From positions 41,202-105,201 of the forward strand of contig CAYUQY010000001.1 in assembly GCA_964447075.1 (NCBI GenBank): a stretch of 64,000 nt of DNA, written 5' to 3'. Below are positions 56,142 to 64,000 of this stretch, one piece after another; position 1 is the first letter of the stretch, and each line of letters starts with the position of its first letter. Made by a program: the position numbers and the translations under genes. This DNA comes from an uncultured Pseudomonadales bacterium (lineage in GTDB: Bacteria; Patescibacteriota; Microgenomatia; UBA1400; PJMF01). The notes beneath the pieces were generated by a model. It was not told the origin of the DNA and did not search any database. It saw only the letters and a program-made list of their open reading frames with translations.

Positions 56142-57164
56142 ATGTCTTTGCGTAAAGTTACTAAATCAGTTGCTGCTAGCAAATCACAGCAGTCCGCTAG
56201 AGTTTCCTCGGCCTCTTATCAACCACCTGCCGAGATTACTATGCCTCCAGTAGTTGCTCGTCACCCAAAGGCCGTTGATGTCTCTACTTATCCTTCATAC
56301 GATGCAGGCTCACCATACTCTATCTACTCTTTGATCAAAGGTTTTGGTGACAATGCTGGTTTAGTTTTGATTGGTTTGTCTATCTTTATCCTTGGATTTT
56401 TGGCTGGTTCAATGTGGATGGAAAACACCTTGCTTAAGAAAGGTGTTGTTACCAACGGTGGCACTGCTGCAGCCCCAGCGGCGCCAGCCGCAGCGGCACC
56501 AGCTGCAGCTCAACAAGCTCCACCTGCTCCTGTGAAGGTTAGCTTGGACAAGATCAAAGAGCTTTTTAAGTCAGAAAATATCATGTTTGGTAAGAAAGAT
56601 AGTAAAGTGCTGTTCGTCGAGTTCTCCGACCCAAGTTGTCCTTTCTGTCACGTAGCGTCTGGCAAGAATCCAGAGATCAATAAGCAGATGGGTGAGCGTT
56701 TTATGCTCAAGGCAGATGGTGGGACATACATAGCTCCTGTGGAAGAGATGAAGAAGCTCGTAGATAATGGTACTGCTGGCTATGTCTGGATGTACTCCAA
56801 TGGCCATGGCAATGGTGAGCTGGCATCCCAAGCTCTTTACTGTGCTTATGAAAAAGGCAAGTTCTGGGAAGCACATGACTTACTGATGAACAATGAGGGT
56901 TATAAATTAGTAAATGACGTTGTTAAAAATGACAAAGCTCAGTCTGGCAAGATTGCAGATTTTCTAAAAGGAGCAGTTGACTCCAACTTCATGAAGAGCT
57001 GCTTGGAGGGTGGCAAGTACGCCGCCAGAATTACAGAAGATCAGGCTTTAGGTAGAACCTTGGGTGTCAATGGCACTCCAGGCTTCTTTATCAACGAGTC
57101 CAACTTCGCTGGAGCTTATAGTTATACAGATCTAGAAGCTACCGTTCAGGCAGCTTTGAAGTAA
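56142..57164 (+). CDS. Membrane-anchored DsbA-like thioredoxin-fold protein
   Basis: EFSDPSCPFC, GVNGTPGFFIN, GAY. Confidence 0.9.
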   Translation: MSLRKVTKSVAASKSQQSARVSSASYQPPAEITMPPVVARHPKAVDVSTYPSYDAGSPYSIYSLIKGFGDNAGLVLIGLSIFILGFLAGSMWMENTLLKKGVVTNGGTAAAPAAPAAAAPAAAQQAPPAPVKVSLDKIKELFKSENIMFGKKDSKVLFVEFSDPSCPFCHVASGKNPEINKQMGERFMLKADGGTYIAPVEEMKKLVDNGTAGYVWMYSNGHGNGELASQALYCAYEKGKFWEAHDLLMNNEGYKLVNDVVKNDKAQSGKIADFLKGAVDSNFMKSCLEGGKYAARITEDQALGRTLGVNGTPGFFINESNFAGAYSYTDLEATVQAALK

Positions 57165-57179
57165 GTATTAAATTCTTGG

Positions 57180-57216
57180 AAAAGGCTTCACGCGAATTAA
57201 CGGTGAAGCCTTTTTT
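57180..57216 (+). terminator. Intrinsic terminator after dsbA
   Basis: AAAAGGCTTCAC...GTGAAGCCTTTTTT. Confidence 0.85.
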
Positions 57217-57277
57217 AGTATGTGTTATCAAATTGAGATAAAGCGAGGTATAATCCTACCCGCTTTGTTTCTACTTT

Positions 57278-58378
57278 ATGCCATCCTCCAAACACAAGCT
57301 TCCCGTTACTCTGCAGAAAGATCTTAAAGATCTCTTGGCGCAGTCTATATCTCGTGGTTTTGTGACACAAGAAGAGGTGCTAGAGGTAGTAGTCGAGCCA
57401 GAGCTCTATGTTGAGCATCTGGATGACTTTTACGATCAGATTTTAGAGAATAATATCGACATTTTCGAGTCTGTATCTGAGGAAGGTCCTGATGAGGTTT
57501 TGTCTGATATTCAGCGCGAGCTAGATGTCTTGACTTCACTTGACTCCAAGATTGGCACTGATCCAGTGCGTATGTATCTCAAGGAGATTGGCCGCATTCC
57601 CCTACTCAATCGCGAACAAGAGATCGATTTAGCTCAGCGTACAGAGGGTGGTGAGGCTTTGGCCAAAGAGAAATTAATTTCCTCAAACTTGCGTCTGGTA
57701 GTTTCTATAGCCAAAAAGTACATCGGTCGCGGTATGACTTTCTTGGACTTGATTCAAGAGGGTAATAAAGGTCTAATTCGCGCTGTCGAGAAGTATGACT
57801 GGACCAAAGGCTTCAAGTTTTCTACCTACGCTACTTGGTGGATTCGTCAGGCCATAACTCGCGCTATTGCTGACCAAGCTCGTACTATCCGCATCCCAGT
57901 CCACATGGTCGAGACGATCAATAAGCTCATGCGTACCAGTCGCAAGCTGATGCAAGACTTTGGTCGTGAGCCAACAGCTGAAGAAATTGGTGCAGCCATG
58001 GAGATCGAGCCGGATCGAGTGCGCGAGATCTTGAAGATTTCCCAGAAGACGACGTCTCTAGAGACACCCATCGGTGACGAAGAAGACACATTCTTGGGCG
58101 ATTTTATAGCTGATGAGTCACAAGTCTCCCCTTATGAAGCAACTAGTCAGAAGATGCTTAAAGAGAACGTAGATGAGGTACTCAGTGCCCTCTCCGACCG
58201 CGAGGCTCGTGTTCTTCGCATGCGTTTTGGATTATCTGGCTCAAGGCCAATGACGCTCGAGGAAGTGGGCGCTAAGTTCAACGTCACACGCGAGCGTATT
58301 CGACAGATCGAGGCCAAGGCATTACGCAAACTGCGCCATCCTAGCAAACGCAAGAGACTGCAGGACTTTTTGGAGTAG
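57278..58378 (+). CDS. rpoD: Primary sigma factor RpoD
   Basis: [46 protein letters not shown]. Confidence 0.98.
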   Translation: MPSSKHKLPVTLQKDLKDLLAQSISRGFVTQEEVLEVVVEPELYVEHLDDFYDQILENNIDIFESVSEEGPDEVLSDIQRELDVLTSLDSKIGTDPVRMYLKEIGRIPLLNREQEIDLAQRTEGGEALAKEKLISSNLRLVVSIAKKYIGRGMTFLDLIQEGNKGLIRAVEKYDWTKGFKFSTYATWWIRQAITRAIADQARTIRIPVHMVETINKLMRTSRKLMQDFGREPTAEEIGAAMEIEPDRVREILKISQKTTSLETPIGDEEDTFLGDFIADESQVSPYEATSQKMLKENVDEVLSALSDREARVLRMRFGLSGSRPMTLEEVGAKFNVTRERIRQIEAKALRKLRHPSKRKRLQDFLE

Positions 58379-58465
58379 GTTGGAGATAGCACTCTTTAAT
58401 TTTTTTCACACGTGAGTTGGATTTTGAGCCTTGATGCTGTTAAAATACCTGGTGATTGAAGCCAT

Positions 58466-58540
58466 TCCCTGGTAGCTCAACGGTAGAGCAGCTCGCTGTT
58501 AACGAGAAGGTTCTAGGTTCGAATCCTAGCCGGGGAGCCA
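58466..58540 (+). tRNA. tRNA-Asn(GTT) with encoded CCA
   Basis: TCCCTGG/CCGGGGA acceptor stem, CTCG-CTGTTAA-CGAG anticodon arm, GGTTCGAATCC. Confidence 0.96.
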
Positions 58541-60034
58541 AGCTGAACATGGTGCATATTTGAGCACCTCATCGAATGGATATTTAGCGATATATCGCAC
58601 TATTTTGCCATCAAGACTTTGGTTCGAGAATACAAAATTGAGAATTATCCTTTTTTCTTCCATTATCGAACCACGAAAAATGTCAGCCATGCGTGCAGCT
58701 AGTTTTACCAGATGTGCAGTGCTGAGATAGTAGTCCTGCTGGAGCTTTTCAAGTTTCTTAATCTGCTGTTGAATACCTTGCTTGTCATCGTTAGAGCTTC
58801 GTTCAAATTCGAGGTATCTTTCTTCAGTAATGCTCCCACGAGCATAGTCCTTGTAGCCTTTTGTTAGGCCAGCTTCGACCTTTTTAAGCTCAGTCGATAG
58901 ATGAGTGTATTGTTTATTGTAAAAGTCTTGATTTTGGGCGTGGTTTCCCTCGAGCTTCTGGGTAATTTTCTCAAGATCGCTTTGTGGAATTTTCATTTTA
59001 CTAAATACATCAGCAAACTGATCATCAATTTTTTCTTGACTAATACTGATGACTCTATCATGCGCTCTGAAGTGGTTCGTGCAGTGATAGTATTTGTGCA
59101 TCCGCACAGTACCGTCTTTTAGCTTCTTTTTCTTTGGATCTGGGGTTATTGCAGCTGAGCATTGATAGCAGCTTAATAAGCCTCGATAATCATGGTTTTT
59201 ATTTTCGCCTTTAAGCTTCCTTCTTTTATTATCCCCAGACCTAGAAACTCTTACTTCTTGAGCTTTCTGGTAAATGTCATCAGGTATGACAAGTTCATAT
59301 TTATGAGGTACGGTGCGATTAGAATGTTCAATAATACCTTCATAAAAGCGATTTACTATGATTTGCTGAATGCTGTTTTGAGGTAAATGAATGGCGAACT
59401 CATTTTTTACTTTGACGGAAATTTCTCGATATGAAAAATTTCCGCTTGCGTACCAGTCAAATATTTTTCTTAAAACTAAAGATTTTATTGGGTCTGGTTT
59501 AATCCATTTTGAATTATTTTCTCTCGTAAAGTTGATATAGCCAAATGGTGCACATCCTGGCATTTCACCATTATCAAGTTTGGTTTCAGCAGTATTGAAA
59601 GCATCTTCTTTAAGCCTGTTAATTGTCTGTTTTGCCACGAAAACTTTTAAATCCCATTCTTGTATATCTCTACCAACAGATTTTTTGTTTAAAACTAACC
59701 TGTCACTCACAAAGTGAAGTTCTTTTTCATGCTTTACTCTTAAATCATCCATTGCCACAGCATCTCTGAAATTTCTTGTTATTCGATCTACTCTAAAAGT
59801 AATAATTGCTGAAATATCACTTCTTTTTTTAACATAAGAAATCATTTCATCAAACTTTTTGCGAATTTTGCTATCGGCGCTTTCTTGAAAAACAAATTCA
59901 TCACTTTCATTTACCTGAAAACCCATTCTTTCCGCATATTCTCTTAATTCGGGCAATTGAATCTTTTTTAAAGACAGACCTTCTTCTTCCTGTCTTTTTG
60001 TAGAGACTCGAGCTAATAGTACTGCTCTTTTCAT
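58526..60034 (-). CDS. Large serine recombinase (integrase)
   Basis: LARVSTKRQ catalytic Ser, RVDRITRN, APFGY, Zn ribbon CYQC...YYHC, coiled coil. Confidence 0.95.
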   Translation of the reverse strand: MKRAVLLARVSTKRQEEEGLSLKKIQLPELREYAERMGFQVNESDEFVFQESADSKIRKKFDEMISYVKKRSDISAIITFRVDRITRNFRDAVAMDDLRVKHEKELHFVSDRLVLNKKSVGRDIQEWDLKVFVAKQTINRLKEDAFNTAETKLDNGEMPGCAPFGYINFTRENNSKWIKPDPIKSLVLRKIFDWYASGNFSYREISVKVKNEFAIHLPQNSIQQIIVNRFYEGIIEHSNRTVPHKYELVIPDDIYQKAQEVRVSRSGDNKRRKLKGENKNHDYRGLLSCYQCSAAITPDPKKKKLKDGTVRMHKYYHCTNHFRAHDRVISISQEKIDDQFADVFSKMKIPQSDLEKITQKLEGNHAQNQDFYNKQYTHLSTELKKVEAGLTKGYKDYARGSITEERYLEFERSSNDDKQGIQQQIKKLEKLQQDYYLSTAHLVKLAARMADIFRGSIMEEKRIILNFVFSNQSLDGKIVRYIAKYPFDEVLKYAPCSAWLPG

Positions 60035-60117
60035 ATTTTTATTTGTATTTTCTTAAACTTTTTAGCAGTTACTGTTTTTGGGGTTGATCTCTCAACTTTT
60101 ACTGCTTGGATATATGT

Positions 60118-63100
60118 TTATACATAGTAATCAAAGATTTCTTGACGTTCTATTTCAGAAAGTGAATATAAGTCACAAACTGAATCTTCAATTGATTTAT
60201 CAATATTTTCAATCTCTTCTGACAAGCTAATACAGTCAAATTGATATTTATTAAAAAGTCCATTCAAGTCAGCATTTTCATTAATGTTCAGTTTGAGACC
60301 CGTCTCTTTAAGAAAATCTTTATAGTTAAGAGTCCAAAACAAGTTAAACTTTTGTTTTAGTTGAAGTTTTTCATGTTGAGAAAGCACTATTTCTATAAAA
60401 CTGTGAGCAATTGAAGATCGCTTTTTAATTAGTTTTTCTATATCAATAGTTAAATCGCCAATTGTTTTTTGTTCTTTAGCATTAATACTTTTTATTGGCA
60501 TCATAGAAAGATGCAATGGCTTTACTTCATATTCATTAAATACTGTATTAAAGTAGTAATCTAACGCTTTTGAGTTTAAAAGTGCGTATATATATCTTAG
60601 TTGATAACTATTGTTTGTAATTACAATATTTGAAAGTCTGTTGAGATTATAAAATTGATTTTCGTCATAGTAGCAAACGATTTTTCTTTTCATGCCCCTT
60701 CTGGTTCTTTGAACTAGAATCTTTTTATCTATAAAAATATTTTCTGGGGGTAGAGATCTGCCTAAATCACCATAGGATTTTACTAAATCTTTATCATAAA
60801 TAACCCAGTCACCCTTCCAATTGAATGAATATCTAGATATATCTTTACCACTTAAAAGCTTGTGATATTTGTCATTCAGCTTATTTTTTGAAACGAGTTT
60901 GTCTTTTATGTACCCAGTGTTAATACCAACTGTGACATAAGATATTTCACCAAGTAAAATTGAATCTCTTTTAATTTTTTTTACAATTTCATGTCTTGAG
61001 CCAGTTAGGTATATATTAAATGTGCCTTCTTCATTGAATGTTTTCTTTAAATCAATTTCATATTCGTTTTGTGCAATATCAATACCCCTGTTTCTGTCAG
61101 TCTGAATTCTAATTAGTGTATTTTTAAATGCAGGATTTTTTGAAACAGTTAAGATTACACTTTCCACTACGACTCCCTCAAATATTTTCAAACCAAGATA
61201 GTAAATTTCTTTTACACAGTAGTTTTCTACTAAGTGTTTTCTTAACTTTTGATATGTTTTTGCAGAAAGGAATGTGTTTGGAATTATAAAACTACTTGTA
61301 GAGTAATTACTTGCTAGCTCTGATATCTTTTCAATAAATATCTTATACAAGTCAAAGTTCCCTTCAATTGAAGAGTACTTACTTAAAAAATAATCTTTTT
61401 CATCCTTACTTATTGCATTTCTATAAGTGTAGGGGGGATTTCCCACCACCACATCAAAACCACCATTATCAAAAACCTCTTTAAATTCTTCTTTCCAGTT
61501 GAAAGCTTTCGAGCCTGCTATTTTGGGGTCATCAATCAATGAGTTTCCTACTCTAATATTCTTGTCTAGATAGGTCAGCTTTTTACCCCTCTGAGCTGTT
61601 TTGAGCCAAAGCGAAAGCTGAGTTATACGGACGGATTCCTCGTTGAGGTCAACACCATAAATGTTGTTTCGGAGAATATCCTTATAGACCTGATCTTGGC
61701 TAAATAGGCCACCTACTAGTTCACCAACACGTCTATTTTCTTCTAGCAAGTAATCGAATACCTTAACTAGGAATGCACCACTTCCACAAGCAGGGTCAAC
61801 GACTTTAACCGTATGTAGAAAATCTTGGTATTCTATTAGAGCTTTATTTTCTCGTTCTCGATAGCCTTTTTCGGTCTTTGCTTTGGTGAGCTCATACTTT
61901 TCAAAAATTCTTTCTTGATTTTCACTGAGGTACTTGCCAAGTGAGTTTTGAACGATGTAGTCAACAATGTATTCAGGGGTATAAAAAATACCGTCTTTCT
62001 TTCTCTTTGACTTGATACTCGCTTCATCTGGGTCTACTTTTTGTTTTATTTCTTCTAAGTCAGAGATGGATTGTTCGAAAACATGACCCAAAATATTAAC
62101 TGTCAGTTCATTTTCGAAGTCATACCTGCCGAAGCTACTTAATGCCTTGAGTGCGCCATCAGATATAGTGAGTGAGTCTAGTTCGTGATCTTCATGAAAT
62201 AATCCGCCGTTGTATCCTTCTGGTATTCCTAGCTTTTCACTGCCTGAGTCAACTGCTTTAAAGAATCCTTTTAATGTATCCCACACTGAAGAAAAGTTAT
62301 TACTACTGTCTGACAGCATGAACACTTTATGCAGTGTGTTGTCGGGGAGTAATCCAGAATCTTCGCAGAAACTCACAAAAACAATCCGATCCAAGAGTTT
62401 TTGAGCCTTATCGGTCACAAAGTGGATATCACGTTTTGTTTTGTTGTTTTTCCAGATGTCCCGCATTAACTCTAATCGCAAATGACTATATTCGTTGTAA
62501 AAGTCTTTCGAGATCTTTTCTTGCTCAATGCGAATCTCAGAGAGTAGTTCTTCAGTTCTTGATTTGCCTCTGCCTGAAACGAAGTTTTCAGCACTCAGAA
62601 GTAATATGAATTTTTTGAGTTCAAAGTAGTCATTGGCTGGGTCACACAGTGATTTTAAGGTAAATTGCTCATAGTCGAGTTGATTGTCTTGAAATAGGCG
62701 AATCTCGTAAAAGTTAGTAGCAATAACAAATCGACAGTCTTTAAACAATGGCTTGTATTTAAATGCTTGCTGGATAGGTGTTAGGTTGCCCTCACGTTGC
62801 TGAGATCGTTCTAACGGTTTATTTACGTCTTTGATTTCCACGACTGCAAAGACACGTTGCTTCTTACCATCAAACCAGCCTAGGCCTGCGTCAGCCCGTT
62901 GGCCGCCCTTGTCTGGACTGAGTTGGGGGATGATAGTGTGGGGTTGAGATGGGTACTCGGTATAGCCCAAGACTTTCTTAAAAATATCATCATTAAAAGC
63001 TTGTTCGCATTGGCCTTCAGTTTTATTCAACAGGCTTCCGTCTAGATAGGCATTATGCCATTGTTGAATAATTGCCAGTTTTTTATCAAAGTCAGGAACC

Positions 63101-63153
63101 TTTAACTCAGCAATTTTTTGCTTGACAGTACTGCGTTTGAAAATGTTTGCCAT
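60118..63153 (-). CDS. Type IIG restriction-modification enzyme (fused REase-N6 MTase-TRD)
   Basis: RADAGLG..VVEIK nuclease motif, YNGGLF, GIFYTP, DPACGSGAFL, VVGNPPY, TaqI_C-like LLNSK. Confidence 0.9.
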   Translation of the reverse strand: MANIFKRSTVKQKIAELKVPDFDKKLAIIQQWHNAYLDGSLLNKTEGQCEQAFNDDIFKKVLGYTEYPSQPHTIIPQLSPDKGGQRADAGLGWFDGKKQRVFAVVEIKDVNKPLERSQQREGNLTPIQQAFKYKPLFKDCRFVIATNFYEIRLFQDNQLDYEQFTLKSLCDPANDYFELKKFILLLSAENFVSGRGKSRTEELLSEIRIEQEKISKDFYNEYSHLRLELMRDIWKNNKTKRDIHFVTDKAQKLLDRIVFVSFCEDSGLLPDNTLHKVFMLSDSSNNFSSVWDTLKGFFKAVDSGSEKLGIPEGYNGGLFHEDHELDSLTISDGALKALSSFGRYDFENELTVNILGHVFEQSISDLEEIKQKVDPDEASIKSKRKKDGIFYTPEYIVDYIVQNSLGKYLSENQERIFEKYELTKAKTEKGYRERENKALIEYQDFLHTVKVVDPACGSGAFLVKVFDYLLEENRRVGELVGGLFSQDQVYKDILRNNIYGVDLNEESVRITQLSLWLKTAQRGKKLTYLDKNIRVGNSLIDDPKIAGSKAFNWKEEFKEVFDNGGFDVVVGNPPYTYRNAISKDEKDYFLSKYSSIEGNFDLYKIFIEKISELASNYSTSSFIIPNTFLSAKTYQKLRKHLVENYCVKEIYYLGLKIFEGVVVESVILTVSKNPAFKNTLIRIQTDRNRGIDIAQNEYEIDLKKTFNEEGTFNIYLTGSRHEIVKKIKRDSILLGEISYVTVGINTGYIKDKLVSKNKLNDKYHKLLSGKDISRYSFNWKGDWVIYDKDLVKSYGDLGRSLPPENIFIDKKILVQRTRRGMKRKIVCYYDENQFYNLNRLSNIVITNNSYQLRYIYALLNSKALDYYFNTVFNEYEVKPLHLSMMPIKSINAKEQKTIGDLTIDIEKLIKKRSSIAHSFIEIVLSQHEKLQLKQKFNLFWTLNYKDFLKETGLKLNINENADLNGLFNKYQFDCISLSEEIENIDKSIEDSVCDLYSLSEIERQEIFDYYV

Positions 63154-63158
63154 ATTGG

Positions 63159-63323
63159 TTACTTACTTTCAATAAATGCTTCTAAGACTTCTTTTTTGAT
63201 TCGATACTGTCTGCCAACTCTCGAGGACTCTAGCTTTTTACTTTTGACCCACCTAAAAACAGTCATATATGAGACCTTAAGGAGCTGAGCAATTTCATGT
63301 AGTGTGTAAAAATCGTCTTTCAT
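63159..63323 (-). CDS. Excisionase-like helix-turn-helix protein (54 aa), not in the ORF track
   Basis: MKDDFYTLHEIAQLLKVSYMTVFRWVKSKKLESSRVGRQYRIKKEVLEAFIESK. Confidence 0.88.
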   Translation of the reverse strand: MKDDFYTLHEIAQLLKVSYMTVFRWVKSKKLESSRVGRQYRIKKEVLEAFIESK

Positions 63324-63333
63324 AGGTATTACT

Positions 63334-64000
63334 CTAGTTTACATTATTTAACATTAATTGTGGATAGTCTTTCAATCTTACAGTTTTAAATTCATTAACT
63401 GCTTTTATAAGTAAATCAATCTTATTATCTTTACGCTTATCAATTTTGATTGATTCATACTTGTCTTTGATGCGAAACCAGTGTTTTCCCCTTGGATCAA
63501 GTAGTAGCCTGGCAGTTCGTATATCATGTTCTGCCACGATCTCGTTAAAAGCTAAAAATTCAAGAATCATTCGAGGTTTTATGTGTGGATTATCTGCAAT
63601 AAGATTGATTGCTCTCGTAGTAAATGAATCAGAATTTTTTTCTGACACAAGAGATAATGCTTGTTCAATATTTTTAAGTTGGCTTAAACATGCTCTTTTT
63701 GCAATATCTTCTGAAAATAAGTTTTTAAATGTTAAGTCTGGTAGCTTATACGGAATACCGATTTTGTTTAATTCGCTTTTGATCTTGTGTCTCCTGTTAA
63801 GCCGCAACTCTAAGCGTAGTACCTCAAATGGGTCTTTTTCACTTTTTTCAAGTAAGTCAAAGAGACCACTCTGTATAAATTTATCTTTTTCTACTGATCT
63901 TTTTGGGCTCAATTTTGCCTTTGCCAAGTCTTTGAGCTTGTCATAGAGTATGAATTCAAAAGTATTGCTGTGATATTTATAGCTGTGACCATTATTGCGA
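63334..64000 (-). CDS. Putative rolling-circle replication initiator / relaxase, 5'-truncated by the window edge
   Basis: Frame is open to the window end (RNNGHSYKYHSNTFEFILYDKLKDL...); YDK and VLRLELRL motifs as in Rep_trans/CRI-type initiators. Confidence 0.6.
   Translation of the reverse strand, partial: RNNGHSYKYHSNTFEFILYDKLKDLAKAKLSPKRSVEKDKFIQSGLFDLLEKSEKDPFEVLRLELRLNRRHKIKSELNKIGIPYKLPDLTFKNLFSEDIAKRACLSQLKNIEQALSLVSEKNSDSFTTRAINLIADNPHIKPRMILEFLAFNEIVAEHDIRTARLLLDPRGKHWFRIKDKYESIKIDKRKDNKIDLLIKAVNEFKTVRLKDYPQLMLNNVN

Larger units (their letters stand above)
58526..64000 (-). mobile_element. Integrative element inserted at tRNA-Asn (partial, continues past the window end)
   Basis: Abrupt shift to AT-rich sequence; recombinase abutting the tRNA 3' end, excisionase, Rep-like gene, R-M cargo. 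Confidence 0.88.

Noticed and set aside
1-64000. CRISPR array, cas genes, rRNA, reverse transcriptase/DGR
   Set aside because: No spaced direct repeats or diagnostic motifs seen
1-64000. Alternative genetic code (UGA = Gly)
   Set aside because: TGA ends full-length conserved genes (thrS, glmS, rnc, nusB) and no housekeeping gene is interrupted

Overview
Bacterial chromosomal window in genetic code 11, about 43% GC by eye. It is most likely a Patescibacteria/CPR (Microgenomates-like) genome. That call is inferred from a PPIase-less trigger factor, a short PheT, a shortened Pgk, a DUF5660-like gene, an NDT-RHH fusion, the pilX/M/N/O cluster and very compact spacing. Most of the window is housekeeping: pil cluster, rpmF-nusB-ACP-like-rnc, rpsP-khpA, recG, adenosine kinase-ahcY, tyrS, PBP1, thrS-infC-rpmI-rplT, pheS-phosphatase-pheT, tig, glmS, miaB/miaA, rnpB, comM, pgk-gap, pyrH, femABX, uvrD/trxB, dsbA, rpoD and three tRNAs. 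There are three accessory regions. (1) 1-5.8 kb holds a large orphan membrane protein and an AT-rich methyltransferase/PRTase/NDT-RHH cassette. (2) Orphan membrane genes follow tRNA-Val. (3) From 58.5 kb an AT-rich integrative element sits in tRNA-Asn (Rep-like, excisionase, type IIG R-M, large serine recombinase ending inside the tRNA) and runs off the window. The most notable unexplained signals are a complete leader-peptide attenuator in front of a 64-aa orphan, an ACP homologue lacking the phosphopantetheine serine, pervasive leaderless or near-leaderless promoters including two bidirectional -10 elements, a SAM adenosyltransferase (fluorinase/DUF62 family) with a non-standard active site, and an RNase P RNA apparently lacking P18 and the L15 GGU. 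All calls come from reading motifs by eye; no searches were run.
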